DNA from: TPA_inf: Saccharomyces
Taxonomy: Eukaryota
Direction: 5' to 3'
Assembly (NCBI GenBank): GCA_000146045.2
Contig: BK006938.2
Location: 608,001-672,000 of the forward strand
DNA length: 64,000 bases
Each line of letters opens with the position of its first letter. The first letter of the stretch is position 1. Under the pieces are notes generated by a model that searched no databases, was not told the DNA's origin, and was given only the letters and a program-made list of their open reading frames with translations. Below are positions 37,858-49,980 of the stretch, piece after piece. The translations under genes were made by a program, and so were the position numbers.

Positions 37858-40800
37858 CTAATGAATCCATTTGTTTGTTAATAGTTTAAATGTTTTTATC
37901 GGAAGAGGTTTTGTCATCACATCAGCAATGTTCTTCTTGGTCTCGATGTAGTATACGTATAAATTATTACCTGATACTTCATCTCTAAGTCTCATTGCCT
38001 TTGTGCCAAAAAATCTGTTTCTAAATTTCTCTTCATTTGTAGACTTAATTATACTGATCGTTGATCTACTATCAGTAAGTGAGCCTTTAATAATTGGTTT
38101 CTTGTTAAGTTCTTGCACAAGGTGACTGAGGTTATTCAATAGCGGAATAGCTTCACTGACTGCGTGTATTTCTGCTTCTGTAGTTGAAGTGCATGTTAAC
38201 GAAGCCTTTGTCGACTTTCCTCCAATCACTTTTCCGTTGAGTAGGAAAATGTTACCAATTTGTGACTTGTAATATGGTTGGTTACCATATGAAGCATCGC
38301 TTATTGCGACTAGTTTATTATCTGGCTTGGTAGGTTTGTTTTTGTGCCATATTAATTGTTTATCTCTAGTGTCCCACATGAATTGTATTAACTCATATGT
38401 CATGTCTAAAACTTGCCTAGAGGGGAATAGTATATGTTGAGCAAGTGTGTTGATGTAGTATAGTAAGTCAAATCTAAATTTATATCCAACATATGAAGCT
38501 AGACCAATCAACTTTTGCATTTCATGCACTTTCTCTTTGTATTCATCTTCATCTATTTCTAGTTCATCCTGGTCTATATAATGACCTGGTTGACCTGGAG
38601 CTCTAAGTTTCTTTCCTTTTGGGTTCAAAGGTACGTTTAGTTTGGGTAATTTTTCTGTCAAGGATTTTTCCATACCTAATTTCATGTACTTGCTTCTTTG
38701 ATATTTGATCTCTAATCCAAGTATGTCGTACTGAATTTCGTTATCACCTTCACCCAGATTTATTATCTTTGTATCGTATTGTTTCTTGAGTGTTGTTATG
38801 ATTTTCTTATTTGCATTTAAGTCTTTGCTGAACAATATCATATCATCAACGAATAAGCAAATTGTTACTTGACTATTCTTAAATACGCATGACCATCCAC
38901 GAACTTCTTCCATACCACACTGTTTTATCAGGTATGATTTGATAGTTTCGTACCAGTTCGCTCCACTTTGTTTCAATCCATAAAGTGATTTCTTCAAACG
39001 TATCAACTTATCATTCATTCCTAAATGTGGTGGAGGTCTTATGTATAATTCTTCTTTGATGTCTGCATACAAATATGCCGAAGATATGTCTAATTGTGTA
39101 ATATAGTAGTTATTGTCTAATGCAAGTGACAGGGATGTCATTAATGCATAGTGATGTACGGTATTGGATTGCATGCCTGAGTCGTAAGTGTCAGGATGCT
39201 GAATATCACCTCTTGCAACAAATCTAGCTTTATGAGTACCGTCACGTTTCCTGTTGAAGATAAACATTGAATTTATTACTCTTTTAGGGTCTATTTCTTT
39301 TCTGTCATAATATTTGTCAGTGTCCCAAGTATTCATTTTCAATAGTTGGTTGACTTCTTTGTGGTATGCTTCGATATATTTTTCCTTTTCTTTAATATCT
39401 TTATTATAGGTGATTGCCTCATCGTATCTTAAGGTTGTCCGTATTGGTTTGATTGATTTTACTGCTTTTACAGCTGCAATCAGGTGAATTCGTTTCTTCG
39501 ATCTCGGAGGTTCTAAACTACGCATATTCTTAGTATTCCATGTGTCTCGTGATACCTTAATTTCAGTTTCATTATCTTCTAATGATCTTTTCTTACTGTT
39601 GATAGTAGTATAGGCATTAGAGTCACCAATACCACCCAAACTGGAATTAGTTTGATGAGAATTTATCGGTGGGAGTTCTTTAAATGGGTCAGGGAATTCG
39701 GTAGGAGATTCTGGAGGTAGATCAGGGAGTGGGAGATCAGCGATGATAGATTCCTCGGTATTCTGTTCAGAAACAGTAGTTGGCGTTTTGATAGGAACAA
39801 TATTGTGCGATGAATTATTTTCCGGTGGAGAAGCATCGATTGAAGGTGAACGGTGTATAATCCTTTTCTCAGTCTCTTGGTCACTTATCTGCGGAACAGT
39901 TTTGTTGTTGGTACCACCCGTACTGGATATTGGTACGTTTGTATGATTAGTCTCATTTTCACTGTACGAGTCTGAGTGTCTGAAATCTTTAGATTTACTG
40001 GCGTGCGACGACTCATGTGTGTTAGATTGGGACATGGGAGCAAGTAAAGGAACATTTAATTTATGCATACCACCCGAACCGGTACTCTCGATATTGGAAA
40101 TTTGGGGGGTGCTAGATCTCTTCTTTGATGGAAGAATATTAGATTCAGATATGTTGGGGTCAACTTCTCTGGGTGCGCGAATATTGGTTTTAGAAACACG
40201 TTTCGAATCTTCAGTATGAGTTGACGGAGGTGTGGAATCGGTTGGACTCACAGCTTTTGAAAGGACATTTCTCGGTTGCTCAGGATGTAGTTCAATGTCG
40301 GATTGGAAGTCATGGTCAGATTCTATGTTAAGATCATTGGATTCTTGGATCTCATTTGACGCAATGAACGAATGATATGAAGCAGTTAAACGGTTTAAGT
40401 CTTCATCGAAAGTGAGTGCGTCGTAATTGAATTGATCTAATCTGGATTCCTTGCCCTGAAGAATAACATAGTTAGTTGTATCTACTGTCTTCTTTAAGGA
40501 TGGAAGATAGATGATATATCCATAAGAGTTTCGAGACGGATGTAGAGCGTAGCCTGGGATGCCACGAGGATGTATTTTGGAGTTAGGGTTGTGATCATTG
40601 ACGATAACAGGTTGACCGAAAGGTAACAAAGTACTGATATCAAGTCCTGCCAAGCCAGCATGTTGTCTTGCAGATTTTTTGCTTTTAGGTGAAGCTAGTG
40701 AATTTCTCACAATAGTAGAAAATTCGATTGCAGAGAACCATAAATGGTTCGGTAAACCACTACATTGCAGTTGAGTACGGCAGTCATCTAATAAGGTACG

Positions 40801-41824
40801 GTTTAGCCGTTCAGCGACTCCATGTGCTCGGGAATCCGCTGTGGTTGTATAGCATGGAGTTATACCATTTTTTTCAAGGAATTTATGGAGAGTTCTGTTA
40901 GTATACTCAGAACCACGGTCCATTTGTATAACCAAGACACTGGCCTGAAACTGGTTTTTAATAAAAGCTAGTATCGTAGTAAAAACATCGAGGATAGAGT
41001 CCTCGCGACGGTCGTGTAATGGATAAACCCAACGGAATTTTGTTGTCTCATCAGTAAATGAGATGAAATAGGATGGTGCACTATTTGGTAGGTTGTGAAC
41101 TGGACCAAATATGTCAGTATGTAGGTATTGAAAGGGTTCGTATGAATTTTGGTATTTTAGTCGTGAACCTTTGATATGTCTGTGTTTGGTGCTTTTGCCG
41201 ATTAAACAATCAGGACATTGATAGTCAATAGCACTAGACCAGTCGACATCTGATTCGTTAAAATACGTGATGGTGTTATTTTTAAGTGAGTATCGAATTG
41301 TCTGTGCATTGGCATGCGCAAGCATTCGATGAATGAAAGGATAAGGATATTTGCGTGTACTTTCACTTGTATGGACATTATTGATGGTGGGTACGGAGAT
41401 ATTTGATGGAAGCAAGTACTTTTTAGATACCCAGTAAAAGTCTCCATATTTTACGATAGGTGCAAGTACAGTGCCGTCAGATCGTTCTAAGACGTTTTTG
41501 GTAAAGCATGCTGTGATATCTACTGCAGCCAATTCATTCAAACTGAGTAAGTCATAGGCTATGTTAGGAGTGTGCAATACCTTTATTGATGTTTTGGTGT
41601 TGTCCTGGAAGTGAAATTGTAGGTCACCAATAGCGTTAATTGGTATATTTCTTTTTTGAGCATCAACTACGTTTATGCCAGGATTAGATGATGCTGAGTG
41701 TATGTGGTGAGCAGATCTTATAAGGGTTCGTGATGCTCCTGAATCGAGAAGGAGGTGTCCAGGGAGTTCATCATCAGAATGATTAGTGTGATTTACCGTA
41801 GATTCAGTAAGTTCCTGGCCTAAG
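37858..41824 (-). CDS. Ty1 TYB (Pol: protease, integrase, reverse transcriptase, RNase H), expressed as a Gag-Pol fusion via a +1 frameshift
   Basis: The ATG-delimited part of the frame is 37858-41577 (1239 aa). The frame is entered from TYA at the CUU-AGG-C heptamer. It carries the integrase zinc motif HxxxH…CxxC and the RT motif FVDDM. Confidence 0.85.
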
Positions 41825-43126
41825 ATGAAGGTCGTGCTTATTGTTCAATTGAATCGGTTCAGTAGTTGATTTACTGATGGAATCGTTGTCCGTGCTGGGA
41901 GAGTTATTAGATGTGGATACATTGTGAGCCCTGGCTGTTTTCGATTTCGAATTATTTGTTTTTTGAGGATTCCGAGCTATAACTTTGGGTTTGGTTGTAT
42001 TCGTATAGCTGCGAGAATCATTCTTCTCATCACTCGGATTTCTCCTGTAATTAGGTTTGCTGTTTCTCGATCCCTGTTGTTCTTCATAAATAGCATGGAT
42101 ATCTAAGAACAGTTCAGCGACTGTCATATTTAGATGTCGATGACGTGTGTAGCGTAAAAATTTATATTCGCCAGATAGACCTCTCATAATTAATTGGCAT
42201 GCGACCTTGTTATTGATATGAATGCCATTATTGTTCAGTCTGTCGATAATGTTTGTGACTTTTGTTTCAAATGCATCTGCAGGTGTACTGCCATTATATT
42301 GCAAATTTGCCAGGGTCACAATGTCGTTTGCCTCTTGGGTATCAGATTGCATTTTTTCAATACTTTTGGAAAGAATTTTCATGATATCCGTATAATCAAC
42401 GGATAGGATGTCTTTGACCCAGGTAGGTAGGAATTGAGAGGGAGCAAATATTTGAAAAGTGTTATACAAGAAGGTGAGTTCATCATCAGTGATCTGACGT
42501 ACGGGTTTTCCGTTTACTGTCGGAATAATACCACCGAGATTCGAGTTTTGTAAAAATTTGATGTATGTTTTAACCCAATTTGGAAAGTCATTAGGTGAGG
42601 TTAACATTGGTGGTGGTCTGACATATTTTTTAGTGGATGTCATATCAGAGTCCGCTGAGGATGAATCAGTAAATGTATTACCTGACTCAGGTGATGGAGT
42701 GCTCAGAGGCGTTCCAACTGATGATGGATACTGCGGAAACTGTGATTGTGGCCCAGGTGGAAAGTACATAGGCGACATTTGATAAGGTGTATACGGAATC
42801 ATAGATGGGTGTCCGTAAAATGACCAACCAGATGGATTGGCTTGGTTTTGGGTCATCATGCACTGCTGTGGGTACGGCCCATTCTGTGGAGGTGGTACTG
42901 AAGCAGGTTGAGGAGAGGCATGATGGGGGTTCTCTGGAACAGCTGATGAAGCAGGTGTTGTTGTCTGTTGAGAGTTAGCCTTAGTGGAAGCCTTATCATA
43001 TTCTTGAATTTTGGAAGCTGAAACGTCTAACGGATCTTGATTTGTGTGGACTTCCTTAGAAGTAACCGAAGCACAGGCGCTACCATGAGATATATGTGGG
43101 TAATTAGATAATTGTTGGGATTCCAT
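41804..43126 (-). CDS. Ty1 TYA (Gag), 440 aa
   Basis: [39 protein letters not shown]… The ATG lies within the 5' LTR U5 region, as in Ty1. Confidence 0.93.
   Translation of the reverse strand: MESQQLSNYPHISHGSACASVTSKEVHTNQDPLDVSASKIQEYDKASTKANSQQTTTPASSAVPENPHHASPQPASVPPPQNGPYPQQCMMTQNQANPSGWSFYGHPSMIPYTPYQMSPMYFPPGPQSQFPQYPSSVGTPLSTPSPESGNTFTDSSSADSDMTSTKKYVRPPPMLTSPNDFPNWVKTYIKFLQNSNLGGIIPTVNGKPVRQITDDELTFLYNTFQIFAPSQFLPTWVKDILSVDYTDIMKILSKSIEKMQSDTQEANDIVTLANLQYNGSTPADAFETKVTNIIDRLNNNGIHINNKVACQLIMRGLSGEYKFLRYTRHRHLNMTVAELFLDIHAIYEEQQGSRNSKPNYRRNPSDEKNDSRSYTNTTKPKVIARNPQKTNNSKSKTARAHNVSTSNNSPSTDNDSISKSTTEPIQLNNKHDLHLRPGTY
41818..41824 (-). other. Ty1 programmed +1 ribosomal frameshift heptamer CTTAGGC
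   Basis: Plus-strand gcctaag, 14 nt upstream of the TYA stop, in the TYA/TYB overlap. Confidence 0.8.
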
Positions 43127-43419
43127 TGTTGATAAAGGCTATAATATTAGGTATACAGAATATACTAGAAGTTCTCCTCGAGGATTTAGGAATCCATAAA
43201 AGGGAATCTGCAATTCTACACAATTCTATAAATATTATTATCATCGTTTTATATGTTAATATTCATTGATCCTATTACATTATCAATCCTTGCGTTTCAG
43301 CTTCCACTAATTTAGATGACTATTTCTCATCATTTGCGTCATCTTCTAACACCGTATATGATAATATACTAGTAACGTAAATACTAGTTAGTAGATGATA
43401 GTTGATTTTTATTCCAACA
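43086..43419 (-). repeat. Ty1 5' LTR (delta)
   Basis: 334 bp, followed by the primer-binding site. Confidence 0.93.
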
Positions 43420-43503
43420 GTTATAAGGTTGTTTCATATGTGTTTTATGAACGTTTAGGATGACGTATTGTCATACTGACATATCTCATTTTGAGATACA
43501 ACA
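43420..43503 (-). repeat. Ty3 LTR (sigma) 5'-proximal 84 bp, the other half of the sigma split by Ty1
   Basis: gttataaggttgtttcatatgtg…gagatacaaca continues the sigma consensus exactly where part A stops. The two parts sum to 341 bp after removing the 5-bp duplication. Confidence 0.88.
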
Positions 43504-43659
43504 TGTATTTTGTGTTTAACAAACTGTATTATCTGAAAACTATATGAACAGATCTTGAAGTAAGCTTGCCCCCCCTATTCCAGTGTATTCAAAATCACAG
43601 TACGTTTTCCTAAAATACCATCATTCATATTTGCTGGTTTATGTTACTACATTGGACTG

Positions 43660-44230
43660 TATATCCATGTGGGAAATGCCCAATGTACTGATAATTGTTG
43701 GGATTCCACTGTTGGTAAACGCAATAATATTAGGTATACAGAATATACTAGAGGTTTTTCTTCGAGGATCTTGGGATCCAAAATAGGGAATCGGTATTTC
43801 TGCATAATATTGCTATTATTTCTCCTTCTATTTTACATGCTTCATTATCCTATTACATTATCTAGCTATGCAATTCAGCTCTCATTAAGTCTAATGACTG
43901 TTTTTCAATTGTTGTATAATCTTCTTATACCTCATTTGATAATATAGCAATAATATAAAATAGTACTCTATAGGTTATAGGAGTCTTAATACAATGAGCG
44001 CGCCATTATCGTTCTGTAAAGTAAATAGTCATTCACATAACGAGCTAATAAAAATCTCCAGATGGCACACATAGTGTATGGCAACATCAATGAGAAGAAT
44101 AAGGTCTTCGAGGAATAAATTGTTCTAATCATGACAAAAACTACATAACAGAAGACTGAAAGACTGCATTAAAAAAATATTATTAGCATGAACACTAGTC
44201 AAAAAATGACACTAAGATTTCATTCCAACA
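43660..44230 (-). repeat. Cluster of degenerate delta-like (Ty1/Ty2-family) solo LTR fragments
   Basis: Diverged similarity to the delta U5/R region (…gataattgttgggattccactgttggtaaa…taggtatacagaatatactagagg…) and a terminal …attccaaca. It is longer than one LTR, so it probably holds two or more fragments. Boundaries are approximate. Confidence 0.5.
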
Positions 44231-45606
44231 CTACATTTTTTCGGAAAACGTTTTATTGAAGTACTGCTTTATGGTCAGCACGTATCGCTTCATATATGAT
44301 AACCTTACACAGTATCTTTCCGAAAAATCATGAAACGAAGTAACACAGCATCAATTTCTGTGAGAAATAGACAAAGATGTTTCAAAAGTTCCAACATATA
44401 GTGAGCATCGTTCATATACCTCGTACAAATCAAATTTGTCTCTTGGAATACCGAAAATTAGCCGCTCAAACACTCTCCGTTGTTAATGACAATTACACCA
44501 TAGCCGCTGCCGTAGAAAATGCACGGTCTTCCGTGACGAGAAGATTCGGGGGCGAATCGCATAGATCGCTCTTTCTCCTCTTTCTCAATTCTGTCTTATC
44601 TGTATTTATAACATGAGCTCATAAACAAAGTCCCTGTTTATATATATTGATGACTTATATATCTTTCGCTTCAGCTTCTTCCCTCATTTCTACTTAATAT
44701 TATCTTTTGAAATTAGCGCGATCAATTGCATTCTTTTCCACACCACCTTCAAATTTAAGAATTCATATTTGAATCGAACCGTATGTTTTACCTCTCAATA
44801 ACTTGTTTCATTAATAGCTCCTTCCACAACCACCTTCATCTTCTCTGATTTGAATTATTACCGACATGAATGTTACTCTCCTGAAAATGTTAATTATATC
44901 AACTTAACAGGCCTTGAAAGTGAAGTGTTATAGTTTCTCTTCCTTTGTTTTTCCCACTTTCTTTTTTTTATATATATCTTATATTGGTTTAAGCACAGCG
45001 GATTGCTTTCTTCTAATACAAGAACTAGAACATAGGTCCACCCGTGTGATGTTGCATTCTGAAATGTTTAGTTATCTCTGTCAGAACAGCGAGGTAACAC
45101 TTATTTTTGTTACGACCAATCCGTAATTCAAGCGTGGGTATTCATATGACCAGAGATAATAATACAGCGAATACTATTGAAATCGTCCCTTTTTTGTTTA
45201 GGAAGAACGGACAAATCGGTCGTCTGCTCGAAATGATTAGTAGTGTGTCACCCGGATCAGCAAAATGACACACACGAAATACGAGGAAAAAGTCGGTCGA
45301 AAGGGGCAAATGTTATTATAAGTCCCTCCAGTAGTCTTTTTTTTTTCAAATATTCATCATCAAAGGTTACGAAATCTTTTGAGCTATCTTAAACATTCGT
45401 TCTTTTTATCAAATTTCAATTACTAACTTATTTTTTCAAAAAAAATTGCCTCTCCCGGTTTTTAATCATTATTTTTTTCGATTGATTAAGGGGGAAAAGC
45501 AAAGAACGAGAAAACTTGGACAGAAGGTTAATACTCTGACAATTTCAAAACGAAGTAAAAAGAAAAATTATCAAATCAACAAAAAGTACCCGTTACAACA
45601 AAAAAA

Positions 45607-46428
45607 ATGTCCCAAACTCGTGAAGATTCTGTTTACCTAGCTAAATTAGCTGAACAAGCCGAACGTTATGAAGAAATGGTCGAAAACATGAAGGCCGTTG
45701 CTTCATCAGGTCAAGAGTTATCTGTCGAAGAACGGAATCTATTGTCGGTTGCTTACAAGAACGTCATCGGTGCTCGCCGTGCTTCATGGAGAATAGTTTC
45801 TTCGATCGAACAAAAAGAAGAATCAAAGGAGAAATCTGAACATCAAGTTGAATTAATCCGTTCTTACCGTTCTAAAATTGAAACTGAATTGACCAAAATC
45901 TCTGACGACATTTTATCTGTGTTAGATTCTCATTTAATCCCTTCTGCTACTACTGGTGAGTCTAAAGTATTTTACTATAAGATGAAGGGTGACTACCACC
46001 GTTATTTAGCTGAATTTTCCAGCGGAGATGCAAGAGAAAAGGCAACCAACTCCTCTTTGGAGGCTTATAAAACCGCTTCCGAAATCGCCACAACTGAATT
46101 GCCTCCAACTCACCCAATTCGTTTAGGTCTAGCTTTGAATTTCTCCGTCTTCTATTACGAAATTCAAAACTCTCCTGATAAGGCTTGCCACTTGGCCAAA
46201 CAAGCCTTTGATGATGCTATTGCTGAGTTAGATACTTTATCTGAAGAATCATACAAGGATAGCACTTTGATCATGCAATTATTAAGGGACAACTTGACCT
46301 TATGGACCTCTGATATTTCTGAATCTGGTCAAGAAGATCAACAACAACAACAACAACAGCAACAGCAACAGCAACAACAGCAACAACAAGCTCCAGCTGA
46401 ACAAACTCAAGGTGAACCAACCAAATAA
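45607..46428 (+). CDS. BMH2: BMH2 (YDR099W) 14-3-3 protein, 273 aa, with a C-terminal polyQ tail
   Basis: [29 protein letters not shown]… is a classic 14-3-3 sequence, followed by a 17-Q run. Confidence 0.95.
   Translation: MSQTREDSVYLAKLAEQAERYEEMVENMKAVASSGQELSVEERNLLSVAYKNVIGARRASWRIVSSIEQKEESKEKSEHQVELIRSYRSKIETELTKISDDILSVLDSHLIPSATTGESKVFYYKMKGDYHRYLAEFSSGDAREKATNSSLEAYKTASEIATTELPPTHPIRLGLALNFSVFYYEIQNSPDKACHLAKQAFDDAIAELDTLSEESYKDSTLIMQLLRDNLTLWTSDISESGQEDQQQQQQQQQQQQQQQQQAPAEQTQGEPTK
46339..46389 (+). repeat. Interrupted CAA/CAG trinucleotide repeat encoding 17 Gln at the BMH2 C-terminus
   Basis: caa×6 cag caa cag caa cag caa caa cag caa caa caa, read directly. Confidence 0.9.
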
Positions 46429-47012
46429 GAGCGCTGAGAAATACAAGGGGAAATGAAGATTTACCACTCCAGTTTTCTTGCTAACGAAAATGAATGCAAT
46501 TCGATTTTGATACTTTTTTTAGGGGAAGAGATAATATCTTCGTCTAATACAAATTCACAAAATTTTCAATTTTACCAACTACAAAATATACAAACCTCTA
46601 AAAAAATAGTTTCTTAATATATAACATAAAATAGTTTTTCTGTTACTATTACTTCTATCACTGTTTTCTTCGTGTATTCTTATATTTTGGCTATCGTTCA
46701 GAGTTGAGACAATTTGCGAGAGTAATTGAGTAGTAATTTTCGTATGTTTTAAAATAAGTTCCTTCCATTGTATACGCACCTCTTTCTTCTGTTTTCCTTT
46801 GAATCTTGATCTACCTTACCTATTGAAGGTGAAGGCATCTTTTCTCATTTGATGAAACAGCGCTCCCTGGGTGTAGGGGGGCGGGGGTATAGTAGCGTAA
46901 ATCCGCAACGGAAAAATACTTCGAGTGGAAAACTATGACCATTAATATGTATGTCTTACAAGAGAGGACAATAAACAAAGTCAAATAACCACAAGGGATC
47001 ACAAACGAAAGG

Positions 47013-47444
47013 ATGTCAGTTATTCCTCCAAAATTCTTCAAGATTGCAAATATATCAATTGGCTGCATAGACATTATTGCTGCCCTTTCACAATTGACGT
47101 ATATTTTCACCAATTTAAACGTCTTCCTCTTGGCAGTTTACGGACTGGCACTCTCCGTACCTATCGTCTATCTGGAGTTCAAGGTTCCGTCAAATCTTTA
47201 CAGGTATGCTTCCTTTTACTTTAGTTTTCTTGGAAGGGGTTTATCTTATATTTTACTAAGTCTGATAATCAGCTTCGGCGGTATCTACAACATATTGGCG
47301 GGAATGTTTACTTTTATTTTAGGGGTTGCCTTTATTGTTTTTCATTTTTCCCAGTTTGTGGAAGAACCTGCTAACTTCAGAGCACCCGGCTCATCTTTGT
47401 CAATTGGTGATGATGACATCGACGATGACGATGACATGATTTAA
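47013..47444 (+). CDS. TVP15: TVP15 (YDR100W) Golgi membrane protein, 143 aa
   Basis: A 143-aa multi-TM ORF with an acidic C-terminal tail (DDDIDDDDDMI). Confidence 0.8.
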   Translation: MSVIPPKFFKIANISIGCIDIIAALSQLTYIFTNLNVFLLAVYGLALSVPIVYLEFKVPSNLYRYASFYFSFLGRGLSYILLSLIISFGGIYNILAGMFTFILGVAFIVFHFSQFVEEPANFRAPGSSLSIGDDDIDDDDDMI

Positions 47445-47685
47445 TATTAGAAGCCCATGTCTCTCAATCCGCCGGTGTTACAAAAGCATGGCGAAACAGG
47501 CGTGAGATATTTAATCTTCCATCTCATCTGTATAGCAAATAAAATGTAATTATAATGCAAGATTCTGAGCAAATGAACCAAGCGGTTTTAGTACAGCTAG
47601 GTTGACTTTTTTTATAATATTCTATTTTACATTTTATGATATACTTATATTATTTATATACTAGCTTTAGAAATGATGAAGTTTC

Positions 47686-49467
47686 CTACATTTTCATGGT
47701 TTCTTCAACTCCGCCATTTGATGTCTCAACACTCTTCTGCTTCATTGGCTGCGTTTCCTTTAATAATAGACCGAACCTCTTATCCTTGGCCAAAGTAGCT
47801 AATTGAAAGATCCCTTGAACAATTGAATCTTGTGGATTTAATTCGTGCTGAGAGTGAATCCAGCTCGGTTGACAGGTCTTAGAACCACCAGTTAATCTCA
47901 ATAATTCGGGTCTGTCCGTTGTACTTACACTAGAGTCACATAATACGATGGTATTACATTCACGAGCAACTGGTAAAGAAATCGATTCCTTGGTTGAATT
48001 CATTAAGGATTTAAGCTTGATGGCTGAAACACCCAATTTTGGTAAAGGTAACTCATGCCCAGGTAATGTTAATGTAGAGGTTGCATCATAACTTAAATTA
48101 CCGTTTGGATTGGTAGCCTTTAAAATATGGTCCCATGGAACCCATCTAGCAATTTGTATTGGACTTTCCACACATAAGTAGTTGTTGGAAATCTCACTCA
48201 TCCCAAGTCTAAATGATTTCAAATCTTTCTTTAAGCTTTGGAGTTCTTCTTCATTTTCGTGAACGAAAGGAAAGTTAGAAGATAAATGAGATAACTTGAA
48301 TGGATAAACGCCTTGTTTATCGATTTTAGTTAATAATTGTCTAGAAGTTTTTAATTTAAGAATATGGGTTTGAGCAAAATCTCTAACATATGCACCGGGT
48401 CTTGCAATCAATTCTCCAGCCTTATGAGATTTACCTGTGTAAGAGTCAACGGTTTCTAAAGTTACTAAACCCTTTTTGGTACAATGCTCCAAAGATGCCA
48501 TTTTCAAATCAATTAAATACACTTCACCTGATTGAACAACGAAATCATCACTTGGAATAGCAGAAACATTAGTGAATGGAGTCGATTGTCCACGATCTAC
48601 CACTGTTAAATCCTTGGCATCAGTATTAGATAGCAAATCTGCTTCTTGATGGGACTCTGTCCAAACAACACCCTTATATTCCCTTTCGGCAACAATACCT
48701 TCGTTTTGGCCTGCCAGGAATCTTCTAATCCTTCTTACACGAGAACCAGGAACAACGCCACAGTTATAAGATCTGGCAATAGTATCCACTATAGTTCTAA
48801 TCAATTGGCCTGTGATACCACTTGAAGTTCCTCCCAGTGAGGCAGGAAGCTTTTCTGGAGTCAGAGCACAGGCTAATAAAGCAACAACTGTTTCCATAGC
48901 AATGTGAGCAGCAGCTACAGCATCCGCTTTACCACCTAGTAGTGGCCCAGTGGGTTGAAGAATAGGTTTGGTTTCATCAACGGGGTAAATAACCATAGTA
49001 TGAGAAACTTCAGAGGTGTAACCATCAATATGAACACCTAGTGTAATCTTGACTAAATCCCCCGGTCTCAAAGTCCCAGTGACAGATGATGCAAAAGTGG
49101 AGTCTTTCCCCTTATTCCAGTTTAACAAATTTTGAGTATCATCTATTTCGGGGCACCATCCACCAGAAATTTGGTCGATATCAATAGTGGTTGGAATGGC
49201 AATACCTCTTTCATTAACTTTGTTTTTATAATATTGTTCCAACCGGGTCAAAATAAAAGAATCGGTAAGCAAACATAGCTCTGGCACGGTTAATTGGCGC
49301 TGTGTGGTCTTAGAGTGATATGAATCATTGATCAAAGAAGTAACATATTTCAAAGCAGTTTGTGCGATTTGTCCAGCAGTTCTGTATTTGTTCAAGACCG
49401 ATTCCTGTAGAATATTTTTGTCCTTTAGCAAAATCTGAGTATCCTCGTGGGAGATAGCTAGAGCCAT
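47686..49467 (-). CDS. ARX1: ARX1 (YDR101C) pre-60S export factor, methionine-aminopeptidase-like fold, 593 aa
   Basis: A 593-aa ORF with PAC and RRPE motifs in its promoter. Confidence 0.88.
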   Translation of the reverse strand: MALAISHEDTQILLKDKNILQESVLNKYRTAGQIAQTALKYVTSLINDSYHSKTTQRQLTVPELCLLTDSFILTRLEQYYKNKVNERGIAIPTTIDIDQISGGWCPEIDDTQNLLNWNKGKDSTFASSVTGTLRPGDLVKITLGVHIDGYTSEVSHTMVIYPVDETKPILQPTGPLLGGKADAVAAAHIAMETVVALLACALTPEKLPASLGGTSSGITGQLIRTIVDTIARSYNCGVVPGSRVRRIRRFLAGQNEGIVAEREYKGVVWTESHQEADLLSNTDAKDLTVVDRGQSTPFTNVSAIPSDDFVVQSGEVYLIDLKMASLEHCTKKGLVTLETVDSYTGKSHKAGELIARPGAYVRDFAQTHILKLKTSRQLLTKIDKQGVYPFKLSHLSSNFPFVHENEEELQSLKKDLKSFRLGMSEISNNYLCVESPIQIARWVPWDHILKATNPNGNLSYDATSTLTLPGHELPLPKLGVSAIKLKSLMNSTKESISLPVARECNTIVLCDSSVSTTDRPELLRLTGGSKTCQPSWIHSQHELNPQDSIVQGIFQLATLAKDKRFGLLLKETQPMKQKSVETSNGGVEETMKM

Positions 49468-49534
49468 GATAGTTTTAGCAATATTAGTCGGGTCGGGTTT
49501 TTTCTTAAAAGTATTTTGAATAACACGATGCTTT

Positions 49535-49589
49535 AGCTCATCTCATCTCTTCTGCTGAAATTTTTCTTTACTTCGGTAAAATTTTTTCA
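49535..49589 (-). promoter_or_regulatory. PAC core (GATGAGCT, duplicated as GATGAGATGAGCT) and RRPE (TGAAAAAATTTT) in the ARX1 promoter
   Basis: Plus-strand tagctcatctcatc and aaaattttttca. Confidence 0.65.
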
Positions 49590-49625
49590 GAAAGCAAAAA
49601 AAGCTTCACAGAGGCATGACCCTCT

Positions 49626-49633
49626 CCGGGTAA
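49626..49633 (-). promoter_or_regulatory. Reb1 binding site TTACCCGG
   Basis: Plus-strand ccgggtaa in the ARX1/YDR102C upstream region. Confidence 0.55.
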
Positions 49634-49647
49634 AAAAAAGCTTAGGG

Positions 49648-49980
49648 TTACCGGCCTGTCATTTTTAGGGCATTATCAATTTTTTGCCATCTAGTTGCAA
49701 CTATAATAATACAGTATGAATTGCACGAAAGAGCAGTCAATGTAAATTCACGAAGTGACTGACAGAATACTGACATCAGCTGATTTCTCATAGAGCTGTT
49801 TCTCTGATAACACGTTGTTTGAACATCGACAAGATGAAAATCTAGAAGTATCAAGTTTCCTTTAAAGGGATATATAACAGATTCTAAAACTGACAGAAAT
49901 ATTTCGAGTGAAGAAGAAGCGTTAAATATTGGATCTTTCCGCAGTTCTACTCTGATACATTTTTGAAGTAGGAGAGTCAT
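49648..49980 (-). CDS. YDR102C-like dubious ORF, 110 aa
   Basis: A track ORF in the ARX1-STE5 intergenic region with no recognisable features. Confidence 0.15.
   Translation of the reverse strand: MTLLLQKCIRVELRKDPIFNASSSLEIFLSVLESVIYPFKGNLILLDFHLVDVQTTCYQRNSSMRNQLMSVFCQSLREFTLTALSCNSYCIIIVATRWQKIDNALKMTGR

Larger units (their letters stand above)
37502..43419 (-). mobile_element. Full-length Ty1 LTR retrotransposon (5918 bp), minus orientation, with apparently intact TYA and TYB
   Basis: 334-bp LTRs at 37502-37835 and 43086-43419 (TGTTGGAATA…TCTCA). A tRNAiMet primer-binding site TGGTAGCGCC (43076-43085). A polypurine tract TGGGTGGTA (37836-37844). TYA 440 aa. TYB with protease, integrase, RT (FVDD) and RNase H. 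A 5-bp target-site duplication GTTAT (37497-37501 and 43420-43424). Confidence 0.95.

Noticed and set aside
45400-45430. A TACTAAC branch-point-like sequence in the BMH2 5' leader, which could suggest an intron
   Set aside because: There is no upstream GTATGT 5' splice site, and the ORF is continuous from the ATG, so this is a chance heptamer.
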